From assembly GCF_004010195.1 (NCBI RefSeq), contig NC_057718.1:59392485-59434146 (forward strand): a stretch of 41,662 bases of DNA, read 5' to 3'. This document shows, in pieces, positions 22,802-35,113 of the stretch. Both the position numbers and the translations under genes were made by a program. Source of the DNA: Chiloscyllium plagiosum. Lineage: Eukaryota. Position 1 is the first letter of the stretch. Each line of letters opens with the position of its first letter. A model generated the notes under the pieces. It worked only from the letters and a program-made list of their open reading frames with translations, was not told the origin of the DNA and searched no databases.

Positions 22802-23690
22802 TGATTTGGAGATGCCGGTGTTGGACTGGGGTGTACAAAGTTAAAAATCACACAACACGTTATAGTCCAACAGGTTTAATTGGAAGCACACTAGCTTTCG
22901 GAGCGACACTCCTTCATCAGCTGGTATTGGAGGGCTCAATCATAACACAGAATTTATAGCAAAAATTTACAGTGTGATGTAACTGAACTTATACATTGAA
23001 AAATGGATTGTTAAGCCTTTCATCTGTTAGAATACTGTGATAGTTTCACTTCTTTCATGTGTAAATCACAAAACCTTTTTTTAAAAAAGTTGCATGCTCG
23101 GGTTAGCTGTTAACAATGGTGATAGCTAGACAATATGTTGAAGGTGTTGGCCCCCTGTGTTCTCTGTCTATGCCATGATGTTTAGATTGATTCTAATCTA
23201 AAAAGTGAGATAACAGAGTTTTACATGAATGCATGCAGTTTTTGAGCAAAGTACAATGTAACCCTGAAAGTACAAATTCACCCCACAAAATATATGTGTG
23301 CATGTGGATCTTTGTCTGTCTGTGTGTGTGTCTCTGTCTGGGGTGGGGGTTGTGAGTGTGAGAAAGTGTTTGTGTGTGTGTAGTGAGTGCAGAGCATCTT
23401 AAGTCTGTGAGGGGTGCATGTGTGGGTGTCTGTGTGTGTGTCTGTGTATATGTGTGTCTGTGTATATGTGTGTGTGCGTGTGTGTGTGTATAGTGCAATG
23501 GTGGTCACCTGTAATGTGCCATGAACCCAAGGTCCCGGTTGAGGCCCTCCCTACGGGTACTGAACTTAGCTATCAGCCTCTGCTCGGCCACTTTTCTCTG
23601 CTGCCTGTCCCGAAGTCCACCTTGGAGGATGGTCACCCGAAGGTCCGAGGCTGACTGTCCTGGACCACTGAAGTGTTCCCCAACTGGTGC
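22802..23690 (-). mobile_element. Penelope-like element, 5'-truncated: GIY-YIG endonuclease C-terminus, (CA)-rich 3'UTR and hammerhead-bearing terminus
   Basis: ORF 23505..23744(-) reads VGEHFSGPG..SDLRVTILQGGLRDRQQRKVAEQRLIAKF...GLNRDLGF. The terminus matches 36228-36357 and 38588-38804. Confidence 0.92.
22885..22924 (-). ncRNA. Minimal type I hammerhead ribozyme motif (PLE-associated), core intact
   Basis: Minus strand reads CTGATGA-A-GGAG-tgtcg-CTCC-GAAA-GCTA-gtg, with palindromic AGCT in stem III. The first stem I pair is mismatched. Confidence 0.65.
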
Positions 23691-23809
23691 CGACACTCTC
23701 AAACCAGTACTTAGCATTAGAGACTGGAGGACACCTTGAAGCACTGCAATTCCATGAAGGAATGCAATTCATACCATGACACTAATGAGCAAGGCACTGC
23801 ATAGTGGTT

Positions 23810-24560
23810 AGCAAAACAAAGAAGTGCAGACATTATAGGAGATTTCATAGTTAGTGACCAGAGAGGCAATTGGTTAACACCCATCTTGCGATGTGTATAG
23901 TATATTGCTACCCAAGTGCCAAAGCAAAAGATATCACAAAGAAGTTTCAGAATAACACAGAGGGGAAAAGGAGGATGAGTGTAAAGTTCTGGTGCCCAGG
24001 GATGTGAATAGAGACAATAGTTATTAAGGTCCTATGGTCAGATATTCAGGAGAGAAAGGAAATTAAGAAGTAAAACCTTGAAGGTAGTATTCACCAGATT
24101 ATTCCCAGTGCTGCACACTAGCAAGAGTATAAATAAGAATATAGGGAGGATGAATGCATGGTTTGAGGTACTGGTACAGGAAGGAGGGCTTCAGATTTGT
24201 GAGATACCGAACTCGGTTCTGGGCCAAGAGGCAAAGGAATGGCCTGTGAATTTCCTCATGGGGAGATTCACCTGTGTGATTGGGAAATATTTAAACTAAT
24301 TTAGCAGGGTATGTGTACCAGTGATTAGAACTAGAGAAAATTAATTATGTGAATAAACGAGTGTTGGGCAGTGTTAAAAAGGAGTGTGGTACCATATTAG
24401 ACAGGAGCAGACTTAAAAAAATGCCTCCAAGGAATATAAAGGATAATTAGGCACAAAGTGGGGTGGATGAGGTTTCTAAGCTCCAAGGGAAATACTTTGG
24501 TAGCACGATGATTTAGGAACAATAATGGAAACTTAGCCTAAAAATGGTGAGGAACAAATT
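23810..24560 (+). mobile_element. Long decayed CR1, 5' part (ORF1 SGNH esterase-like, start of ORF2)
   Basis: IIGDFIV...CYPSAKAKDIT and KVVFTRLFPV..MNAW resemble CR1 ORF1 GDSIVR..CLPGARVKD..LNAWL. Confidence 0.7.
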
Positions 24561-24561
24561 A

Positions 24562-25670
24562 TTGATGTATTGTCATGTGTACCAAAGTACAGTGAAAAGC
24601 TTTGTTTATGAGCAGTACAGGCAAATCACAGTAAGCAGATCAGAGGTTGTAAAAAGACTTAGACAGAGGTATACAGGTTATATTTCACAAGCATGCACTC
24701 GGTGAGATCAACGTTAGCAAGATCAGCATTGTTTGAGGCTAGTGAGTCCATTCATCAGTCCAATAACAGCCGGGAAGAAGCGGTGTTCAGGCTTCTGTAT
24801 CTTCTGCCTAACAGAAGAGGTTGCAGGAAATCATTACCAGGGTACGATGAGTCGTGTAAATGGTGTCCATGGATGGAAGATTGGATTCCATGATGGTCTG
24901 GGCTGTGCAGACTACCTTCTGTAGTTTCTTATGGTCCTGGACAGAGCTGTTGCCTTGCCAGGCTGTTTTGCACCTGGACAGTATGCTTTCAATGGTGCAT
25001 CTGTCGAAGTTAGTGAGGGTCCTTCTGGACTTGCTGAATTTCCTGAGCTGCCTGAGGAAGAAGATATAGATTGTGCCTTCTTGACCATTGTACCTATGTG
25101 GGAAGTCCAGGACAGGTTGTCAGTTATCTCTCAAGTCAGTTCCGTTGAGGTAGATGGGGGCAAGTTCTCCTCTTTTCTTATTAAAGTCAATGACCAGTTC
25201 TTTAGTTTTGTCGATGTTGAGAGAGAGGTTGTTCTCATTGCACCATGTGACCAATCATGTCCTTTCTGTAATTTGACTCATTGTTGTTAGATATCCCTCC
25301 TACTACGTGGTATCATCAGGGAATTCGTAGATGGCATTCATTTGGAATTTGGCAACACAGTCGTGGGTGTACAGGGGATACAGTAGGGGGCTGACGATAC
25401 ATCCTTCGGGAGGCTCCAGTGTTGAGTGTTATTGTGGAAGAGGTGCAGTCGTCTATCTTCACTGATTGCGGCCTGTGGGTCAGAAAGCGAAGAATCCAGT
25501 TACAGAGGGCAGAGCCGAGACCAAAGTCACAGAGTTTTGAGATCATGGAGGGGATAATGGTGTTGAAGGTGGAGCTGAAGTCAATGAACAGCAGTCTGAC
25601 ATAGGTGTCCGTGTTGTCCAGATGTTCCAGCGATGAGAGCAGGGCTATGGATGTGGCATCAGCTGTGGAC
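24562..25670 (-). mobile_element. Rex1/Babar-clade LINE, 5'-truncated, nested in CR1
   Basis: [37 protein letters not shown] and [28 protein letters not shown]; tail aagcttttcactgtactttggtacacatgacaat. A possible aatta TSD flanks it. Confidence 0.9.
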
Positions 25671-27190
25671 TAATTACATGGCTTAATATTGAAGCACATA
25701 AAATGTTCTGAAAAGATAGAGAAGAAAGGAATAAAAAATAAGTTGAGATTGCACTCCTGTTTAGTGAAGATGTCATCATATTGAAAAGAGAGGTTGATCT
25801 TAAGACAGCAAGGATAAATTCCATTTAATTAGAGTTAAGATTCAAAAAGAGCATGATCATGCAATGAAGGGCATACTATAGGTCTCCATATAGTGAGAGA
25901 ATAATATAAATAAGTAAATCTGTTGAAAATCACAGAACTGAGGAGTACTGATACTGGGGGAACCTTAATTACCCAAAGATCAGTTGGGATAATGTTACTG
26001 TGAAGAATATTAAAGAGGAAGAATTGATAAAAAGACACTCAAGTGAACATTCTTGACCAGAATGTTTACAGTTTATGTACAAAGAACACTTTGCTGGATC
26101 TGGATCTATGCTTTGAGGTGGACTAAATGGACAAAGTGCCAGTGAGAAACCATTTGAGTTAGAGTGATCAGCTTATCATAAGTTTTCATTAGCAATTAAA
26201 ACAAGGGAACATCTGAAGTTTAATGTCTGAATTAAGCAGGCATAATTTTAATAGGCTTAGAAGAGACCTAGCTCGGGTAAAATGTAATCCAAAGCGGATA
26301 GGAAACCCTGTCACAGAATAAAGGTCAATCTGAAAGAAGGACAGTTCCCAGATACAGGCTAGGTACATCTAAAAAGGAAAACGGTAGATGAATCAAAACT
26401 AGGGAAACTTAGATGACAAGGAACAGAGAGAATATAATGAAACAAAATAAGAGATATACAATGCTTGTCAGGTGAAATCTTCAAGTAAGAACTAGGCCTG
26501 TCCATTAGGTTGCATGTGCACAGATCTTTGAAGGTAGCAAGCACCTTGAAATAGTTTTAGCAAAGAATATGGAATCTTGGGGTTTATAAAATAGAGGCAT
26601 TGAAAGGAAAAGCAGGCAATTTATGCTGAACCTGAATCAAGCTCTGGTTAGAGAATATCTGGAATATTGTGTTCAGTTCTGATCAGCAAACTGGAGGAAG
26701 GATGTGAGGAGCTTTTAATGGGTGCAGAGAAGATTCAGCAAAATGATTCCAAGGATGGGAGGATTTAAGGCCAAGATTAGGCTGGTGAAGCTGTAGTTAT
26801 TCTCCTTGCAGTAAAGAAAAATGTGGGGACACTTGGTAGAGGTGCACAGGATAATGTCTGTTTGGATAGGTTACACAAGGAACATTGTTCCCATTAGTTG
26901 ATGCTCCAAGGACAGCATGACAAAGTATAAGATTCTGGGCAGGAATTATAGGGGGGATGTGGAGAAAAGACTTTCTAATACAGTGAGTGGTAAATATTGG
27001 GAACTTCTTGCTCATGAAGGTGGTGGAAGCAAAGGCAACCAAAGGCTTTGTAAGGAAATTGGATTCGCAATTGGTAGACATAAAAATGCAGGATTGCACA
27101 GATAGAGTGGGAGAATGGAGCTGACTGTTTTCTCTTCAATAGCTGGCATAGACTCATTGGGTGAATGGTCTCTTTCTATTTCATAAATTT
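25671..27190 (+). mobile_element. Long decayed CR1, continuation (endonuclease remnants, internally deleted ORF2, 3' end)
   Basis: Degenerate GxFNYPxIxW, LLDL and SDH-type endonuclease motifs, then LVRxxLEYCVQF and a CR1 3'UTR. Confidence 0.8.
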
Positions 27191-27635
27191 CTTTACATTT
27201 GTCTATGATACAAGGTCAAATCAGCAAAAGTTCGACAAAATTAGTAGATTTAAGGGGAATCCCAAAAGAGGAAAATTAGTTAGAAATAAAGTTGGAGTGA
27301 TTTAGGGCAAGAATCAGAGCTCTCACTTTGCTGTCTGTAAACGGAATGATTAAAATTGAGGAATACTCTAGATACCAGAATTGAAAGACTGCAGGTAATT
27401 CTGAGGATTTGTGGTTGTATGATGAGAGGTTTTTTTTCTCCTTCTTTTCACTGCCTTTTTCCAATTCTTTGTATGATTACGTTAATCTCCAATGCTTTTA
27501 CTTAAAATTTAACTTTACATTATCCAATTACATTTAAGTAATCTATCAATTCCTAACTGAAAATTGTCTTCAAATAATGTTAACATCAACATTTCTGTGA
27601 CTTTGTTGTATCCTTGAATTACCATCTTTATTAGG

Positions 27636-28347
27636 ATTAAAGTAAACAATTTGACCAAATGGAAATACCTTTTTTCCACACTGGCGGTTACAAGTGTAAA
27701 TTGGTACCCACACAAGACCCATAGTGAATTTTAATTCGCCATGTCGAATTAAAGAAAATTTATAGAAGTGATTTCACAGATACTGTCTCTCCATCTTCCC
27801 TGTCATAGTCCCCAAATGCACCAGGAGAGAATTGCTAATCTTTCTTATTAATAACTGGACATTACAAATGTACAACTGGGTACAAAAACGTACAGAGAAA
27901 CATTAAAGAATCGAGAGATATGGAATAGGGCAGGTTGAAGGTAGGCAATCAGCTAGAATATTATGGAAAGGCATGACCAGGCCTGGGGGCTACATTATGT
28001 GCTTCTGCTCTTATTGTTTAGATTCCTTAAAGTATTGCACTTTGTAAAAATGATATGCAATATTGTTGTCTTTGACTGTGACAGGATAGCTGCGTCAGTT
28101 GTTACTTATGTTCGAGGCTTCAGTCTCCTGTTAATATGCAGGATTAGCAATTCTCTCCTGGTGCATTTGGGGACTATGACAGGGAAGATGGAGAGGCAGT
28201 ATCTGTGAAATCACTTCTATAAACTTTCTTCAATTCAACATGGCAAATTAAAATGTCACTGTGGGTCTTGTGTGGGTACCAATTTATACTTGTAACCACC
28301 AGTGTGGAAAAAAGGTATTTCCATTTGGTCAAATGGTTTACTTTAAT
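27636..28347. repeat. Long inverted repeat: arms 27636-27840 and 28142-28347
   Basis: Manual alignment gives ~205-bp arms, 9 substitutions plus a 1-bp indel and a ~300-bp spacer. The right arm is bracketed by the direct repeat atgcaggat (28136-28144, 28346-28354). Confidence 0.97.
27900..28030 (+). mobile_element. Old CR1 3' end in the inverted-repeat spacer
   Basis: gagatatggaataggggcagg...atcagc...cttctgctcttattgtttagattcct resembles a CR1 3'UTR. Confidence 0.55.
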
Positions 28348-29059
28348 GCAGGATGCTGTCTTTTAGATGGCTGAAATCTGTCCTGAGGAGAAATTAAAGG
28401 CACTACCTATTGTGGTAATGAAGCAGAGGATAACCTAAGCAGAGCAGAAACACTTCAAATTCATCCTAAGACTCCTTTTCAAGTCCACCTTTCATATTAT
28501 TGGTCAATGATTGTACTTCATAGTCAAATATTTTTAAAAGTTGTGTTGTATTAGTTTAGGTTCAAATACTTTTGCATTTCCAAGCTTCAGACTATCAACA
28601 GCTCCAAAGATCTCAGCCACTGCTTGAAGATTTCATGGTGATACTGGGAAAACCCCAAAAACACAATGTCATATTTCCTCAGTTATCAAGAATAGCTTAA
28701 CAACAATGTTGGCAAAACAGTTACATAGAAAACACTGGTTTTGTGCATTTTTTGATACTTATACTGTAAATAAAATCAACTTTAAAGTAAGTAATTCAAA
28801 TTTTGTTCAGTTATGACTCATTGTTACTTTTAAATCCGGCTATTTATGTTTACTGAAACCCAGCAACTGTTCAAATGCTGTCTAAATATATTGAACTGTT
28901 CAAATCATTGAATAAAGTTGAGTTGATTGGAACATTAAGTGAAAAATAAGTTTATCTAATTATACTTTTAGGAAAGGCTCTTCAACGAATGCCATTTAAA
29001 CAAAGAATTATGATAAGATAATGGCTTAGCACAGGTGCTGATTAATAATAGTACAGATA

Positions 29060-29170
29060 AACTTTCATGAACCGGAGGGTACAGGTTTCAAGTTACTGGC
29101 AAAAGCACCAAATGTGACAAGCGAAAAATATTTTTTGATGCAGCAAGTACTTATGATCTGGAATGCACTT
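29060..29170 (+). mobile_element. Old CR1 fragment
   Basis: TxGxRFQV..FFxQxVxxIWNAL-like sequence. Confidence 0.55.
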
Positions 29171-30229
29171 TTTTGAAAGGGAATTGGAGCTCGCCTCAAT
29201 CATGGAGTTGGATGTGCAGAATTGGGAGAGTTCCTTTCAGAATATCTACCTGAACTTCTGATTTTTAGACTCTGGTGGGTCAGGTTGGATTTGAAGTCAG
29301 TCTGGGTGACCCAGAAGTAGTTTTGAGTTGGAGGGGTATGTGACATGGATTGGACAATTTGGACACAAACAAAAAATGTCACCCTTTTGAAAGGTTTATT
29401 TGAGAGGTTATCCTTCAATAATAGACTGCCTTAGCCTTGTAGGATATATCTTTGAATCATCAGGTGAATGGCAAAGCTCCAAATATCTGTAACATTGTAA
29501 ATCTGCAGCTGTAAATATTATTGAATAGCCATCCCGGGAATGGATAGTGTATCATGGGATTTCTTTAAGGGAAAGTGTCATTCCAGCTGCCAAATAAACA
29601 TCTGCTGTCCTGAACCACTGAGACCTTTCTCAATGCAAAGCCACAGAAATGAATGTATCCTTTCACCACTACCTGATACAAATATTATGCAGTGATGTAG
29701 TTAGCTGGCTCGACTCAATAGATGATTGATGAACAGTGCCATGCTCATTATCCCATTCACCAATTCTTATCTATTATAATGTCCTCATACTGTGGACTCA
29801 TGACCAAGTCCCTCATATCTATGTAATGACATTTGTCTTAGAGGAAGGAAGGCAGTTGGGTTGTTAGTAGACACTAAGGACAACAGGCCACTTTGGATCC
29901 ACAGCCTCAACCTACATGGCAAACAGCAACAGAGCCTTTGTCTCCATTCTATTGTTAGCAGTATTCAGTGACAAAGTGTTTCGTACATGTAATGACACAA
30001 CTGTGAATGAGAGCAATGGAATTTGATTTACTAATGACCGTTGTTGCTAAATTTTTTCATTCATATAATGTCAAACACAACAGCAGCAAGGAAAAGGATA
30101 TGACATCGGTAGGAGGGACGTCCACAATCATTGTGGAGAAAAAGTCCTGTTCTCACATTAAGGATACTGTCCACCATGCTAAACAGAACAGATTTTAAAG
30201 ACATTGGCATCTCAAGACTGTGCATCCAT

Positions 30230-30376
30230 GTGATGCTCATAAATGTAAGTGATTCCACGACCAGTTAATCAGATCTAAGCTCTGCAGTCCTGTCACATCC
30301 AGTTGGTGAATGCTGATGGACAATTAAGCAACTCACTGGAAGAGGGCGGTTCCACGAGTATTCCCATCCTCAAATG
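30230..30376 (+). mobile_element. CR1/L2-group LINE ORF2 internal fragment
   Basis: RSKLCSPVTSS..WTIKQLTGRGRFHEYSHP resembles the shark LINE ORF2 linker. Confidence 0.55.
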
Positions 30377-31149
30377 ATATTTTAACTGCATTATCACATT
30401 ATTTGGGTTGCATTCAGCATAGCTCACACATTTTCTCCTACTCTTAGCTCTTATTGTCGCTTATTCAACTTTTCTTCTTTCCTGGCCTGCTCTCCGTTAT
30501 CTCCTTGTTTACCAACTCCTTCGCTATCTCTCCCTCTGGGCTCCATCTGCATCTCCACCTATCCACATGCCCAGATGCTATTCATCTCCTCCTTCTTGCT
30601 AATCATGCTGCATCCTCTTCTACTAGTCCTATGTTCTCCTCTGGTTTCTGGCACTCATGTTGACTTTCTGTGGCATTCCTGTGGGGCTGTGACTTGCCCA
30701 TCTTGTGTCTTCCTTCCCACAAAACATAACAAGCCCTTCACAATGTCAAAATTCTTCCTTGCACACAGCTAGAAGAGTATATAGAGCAGAAAAGAAATGC
30801 CCTTTGAGAACATTCATGCTTCCTTTAATTATAGGCAGGCAGCCAGAGTTAAGTTTGTGCCACTTTTGGGTCCGTGAATGCAAGTGTAATAGTAATTCTA
30901 CAGAGGTGCCTTACCTTTCCAAAGGGATACACTGACTGTCCAAGGAAACACACAAAATTCAAATCTGCTTGGACTAAGTGTACCCTGCACACTTTGGGTT
31001 TCACATGCAAGGGATACAAACATCTGACTTGAGTGGAAGCACTGCTTCCATGAGCCACACATGCCCAAAATGTGGTCAGCCCCCCATTCCTGCCTCCACA
31101 AATAGAGTCAATGCCCTCTTGATTTGAACTTGCCTCAACCATACATCCA

Positions 31150-31247
31150 AAGTAGCCAGGCAAGGAGGCTGGAAGAACACAGCAAGCCAGGCAGCATCAG
31201 GAGGTGGAGAAGTTGATGTTTCAGGTATAACCCTTATTCAGGACTCT
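31150..31247 (-). mobile_element. PLE terminal mini-insertion with degenerate hammerhead
   Basis: 12-bp TSD accatacatcca (31138-31149, 31248-31259). Minus strand reads CTGAATA-AGGG-ttata-CCT-GAAA-CATC. Confidence 0.8.
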
Positions 31248-31825
31248 ACCATACATCCAGGCAGTACATTCCAGATCCAAACCACTTGTGTGAAAAAGAT
31301 TTCGCTCTCATTGCATTTGTTTCTTTTGCAAATCACTTTACATCTCTCCTCTCTCATTCTTGATTCTTTAAAGGTCAGGAACAGTTTCTCCATAACTATT
31401 CTATTCCAGACCCCTTGTGAGTTTGAAAAATTCTATCAGATCTCCCTTAGCCTTTTTCTCTGCAAAGTGAACAGTCTAAACCTGTCCTATCTATCTTCAT
31501 GACTAAAATTTCTCATCCCTCAAACTACTCTTGTAAATCTATTCTGCAATCTCTACTCTGTGCTCACATGGCACCTAGATCTAGTCCTAATATTCCAACT
31601 GAGGTTTTAACCAGTGTCTCATACAAGTTCAGCATTACCTTTGCATTTGTACTCTATGACCCTATTAATAAAGCACACAGTATCCTGGGCTTTATTAATT
31701 GTTCCCTCCATGTTCTATCGTCTTCAATAGTCTATGTACTAAGGTCCCTTTGCTCCTGCACTCCCTTTAGAATTGTACCTTTTATTTTATATTGTCTGTC
31801 CATGTTTGTCCTACCACGTGTATCT

Positions 31826-32112
31826 TATTAGATTACTTACAGTGTGGAAACAGGCCCTTCGGCCCAACAAGTCCACACCGACCCTCCAAAAAGCAACCCA
31901 CCCAGACCCATTCACCCAACACTACGGACAATTTAGAATGGCCAATTCATCAAATGTGCACATTTTTGGACCATGGGAGGAAACCGGAGCAAACCCACGC
32001 CGACACGGGGAGAGTGTGCAAACTCGACAGACAGTTGCCTGAGGTGGGAATTGAACCCAGGTCTCTGGCGCTGTGAGGTACCAGTGCTAACCATTGTGTC
32101 ACCAAGCTGCCC
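31826..32112 (-). mobile_element. HE1-type V-SINE
   Basis: tRNA head with A/B boxes, V-domain, and tail gggccgaagggcctgtttccacactgtaagtaatctaa. Confidence 0.93.
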
Positions 32113-32489
32113 ATTTCCATTTTGAATTTTGGCTGCCACCTATTTGCCCATCTATCAACTTGTCAATATTCTTTTAAAGTTCTACACTCTCGTCCTCACA
32201 GTTTACATCCAGCAGCTGCAACTTTGAAATTGTCCTCTGCATAGCAAGATCTAGCTGATTAATGTAGTGCAGGAAATATAAGGGTCCCAATACTGAGCTC
32301 TGGGGAACTCCAATATAAACTTTTCTCCAGCTTGAAAATGATCCATTGAGCATTACTTTCTGGTTCCAATCACTCAGCCACCTTTGTATCGACTATACAT
32401 ATTCCATAAGCTATAATGTTTCTCATAGGCATGCTGTGTGACACTGAATCAAACACCTTTTATATGTGCAGGTACACCTCATCAGCAAT

Positions 32490-33080
32490 ACGATACAACG
32501 CAATATAATACTCTATGGCCCACCAAACCTGCAACAATATCTAATTTTTGTTGAGACCCACTACTTAACTGTCATGCCATTTCTATCCTCCATTCGCCTC
32601 CTGTTCATGTGTCTATCAAGATACGTCTTAAACGTTGCTAAAGTGCTTGCTTTCACCATCTCCACTGGCAGTGCAATCCAGGCACACACCAATCTTTGTG
32701 TGAAAAATTTTGCCTGCACTTCCCATCTAAACTTTCCCCCCTAGCCTTGACCTGATCATTCCACCCCGGGAAAAGCCTCTGACCCTCCAACTTATCTATG
32801 TGTCTAGCAGGTCACTCTTCGGCCTCTGTCTTTCCAGTGAAAAGAATCCACACTTATCCAACCTTAATCCCTCCATACCAGGCAACATCCTGGTAAACCT
32901 GTCTGCACCCTCTCCAAAGCATCCATGTCCTTCAGCTTGTGTGGCAACCAGAGCTGCAGACAATGTTCCAAATATGGCCTAACTAAAGTTTTATACAACT
33001 GTAACGTAATTTGCCAACTTTTATATTCAATGTCCCAACCGATGAAGGTACGCACACTTTCCTGACCACTTTATCCAACA
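32490..33080 (-). mobile_element. CR1 LINE 3' end
   Basis: ORF 32864..33055(-) reads IEYKSWQITLQLYKTLVRPYLEHCLQLWLP..DMDALERVQ. Confidence 0.9.
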
Positions 33081-33497
33081 TGAACATCAATGATCCTTCT
33101 GTTACCTCTTCAAAAAAAAACTCCAGTAAACGTGATTTATGTGTCATGCTGGTTCTTTCTAATCAACCCAACCTTTCCCACGTGACTATTAATTTGATAC
33201 CAAATAATTGTTAAAATTTTATCAAAAGTTAAAATAATTGAGAAAAACATTTATTTTCCTTATTTCTGGCATATTTCCAAAAACCTAACCACATGTCAGC
33301 ATCAGTGTAAATATTATAACAACTATGCATCTGTGACTATGACCTGGAAGGATAATCGAGGTAGCAAATTAGCTTAGTTTGGATACAAAGGCCAAGAAAA
33401 GTAGCCACATTGGCTTTGTAAACTTCTTTTCAAATATGAAAATTAAAACGTTCCTTACTTCTAATATATAAATATGGAGCATTTAAATCTTAGAAAA

Positions 33498-33632
33498 TAA
33501 TCAAAAAGAACTGTAGATGCTAGAAATCAGAAACAAAACTGAAATTGGTGGAAAAACTCAGCAGGTCTGGCAGCATCTGTGGAGAGGAATCAGAGTTAAT
33601 GATGAAGTTCCAGTGATTCTTTTTCAGAATGT
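33498..33632 (-). mobile_element. PLE terminal fragment
   Basis: aaaagaactgtagatgctagaaatc...aaaactcagcaggtctggcagcatctgtggag, followed by a decayed hammerhead region. Confidence 0.75.
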
Positions 33633-34443
33633 AGCTTTCTCTAATCTGAGAGCAATCTAAGTCTGGCAGTATATCTTGGCTCTGTACCATTTTAAACAGC
33701 ATCTTTGGTGTTCCTGGGCTCTTATTGATATTAATGATGTGTTAAGGCTATAGTTGTACAGCAAGTGTAGTGTCACTTAACTCTTAATCAAATTACAGTC
33801 CAGATTTTTTTTTAATTATTATAGCCTTGAAATTACACTGTGGTTTATTGTGCATGAACTATTAATGTATGCGTAGGACATTCCTCCTTCTACTTTTAAT
33901 GGAAGTATTAACACATTGAAGATAAATAGGGGTGTTAATCTATTTAAAATAAATGGGTTAACAGCCTTGATAACAGAAGAGAGGAAATTCAAATGTGTGT
34001 GATAAGGATTTGCATGCTGTATCCCACAGTGCAATTTCAAGGCCCATAAATTTTCTCTATTGTTCGGAATAAGTTTCTATCAATCACTTTTTTTTAATCT
34101 TGTGTAACTTTTGTATGTTGGTATTTCCATTTATATTTGATATAGAATTAACACAGGAACTCTAGTGAAGTTGGGATTAAAATCTTACATTTGTACAAAT
34201 GTGACAAAATCGGAAAACCACAGAAAAGTGACATCTTTACAATCTGAGTAATACAACTCCCAGAATGACATTTTCCTCATAATTTCTCGAGTTTCCAGAA
34301 CTACCTGATTAACTTACTCATGTGGATTATACAATCACTTTACAAGTGTTATTCTTTACCTCTGACTACAACTCTGTAATGTATAGTAGGAAGTTTTGTA
34401 TGCTGTGCTGCTTAAGCCCATTTATTTTTACAAGTACATTTTG

Positions 34444-35113
34444 AACATAGAACAGTACAGCACAGAACAGGTCCTTCAGCCCATGATGTTGTGCCAACCA
34501 CTGATCCTCATGTATGCACCCTCAAATTTCTGTGACCATATGCATGTCCAGTAGTCTTTTAAATGTCCCCAATGACCTTGCTTCCACAACTGCTGCTGAC
34601 AACGCATTCCATGCTCTCACAACTTTCTGTGTAAAGAACCCGCCTCTGACATCCCTTCTATACTTTCCTCCAACCAGCTTATAACTATGATCCCTCGTGT
34701 TAGTCATTTCTGCCCTGGGAAATAGTCTCTGGTTATCGACTCTATCTATGCCTCTCATTATCTTGTATACCTCAATTAGGTCCCCTCTCCTCCTCTTTTT
34801 CTCCAATGATAAAAGTCCGAGCTCAGTCAACCTCTCTTCATAAGATAAGCCCTCCAGTCCAGGCAGAATCCTGGTAAACTTCCTCTGAACCGTCTCCAAA
34901 GCATCCACATCTTTCCTATAATAGGGTGACCAGAACTGGACGCAGTATTCCAAGTGCGGTCTAACCAAAGTTTTATAGAGCTGCAACAAGATCTCATGAC
35001 TCTTAAACTCAATCCCCCCGTTAATGAAAGCCAAAACACCATATGCTTTCTTAACAACCCTGTCCACTTGGGTGATCATTTTAAGGGATCTATGTACCTA
35101 CACACCAAGATCC
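34444..35113 (-). mobile_element. Young 5'-truncated CR1 LINE with uninterrupted ORF2 C-terminal 185 aa (34522-35079)
   Basis: QVDRVVKKAYGVLAFI..LYKTLVRPHLEYCVQFWSP..RRRRGDLIEVYKIMRG..FFTQKVVRAWNAL, with a ctatgttc terminus. Confidence 0.96.

Larger units (their letters stand above)
31100..32480 (-). mobile_element. Old CR1 LINE with nested PLE fragment and HE1 SINE
   Basis: Minus-strand GVPQSSVLGPL and KVFDSVSH RT motifs plus downstream CR1 ORF2 C-terminus. Confidence 0.8.

Noticed and set aside
23193..23508. His/Thr-rich ORFs
   Set aside because: Translations of the (CA)n tract in the PLE 3'UTR.
34522..35079. Longest ORF (185 aa) as a host gene
   Set aside because: It is the CR1 ORF2 C-terminus of a 5'-truncated copy, lacking the RT core.
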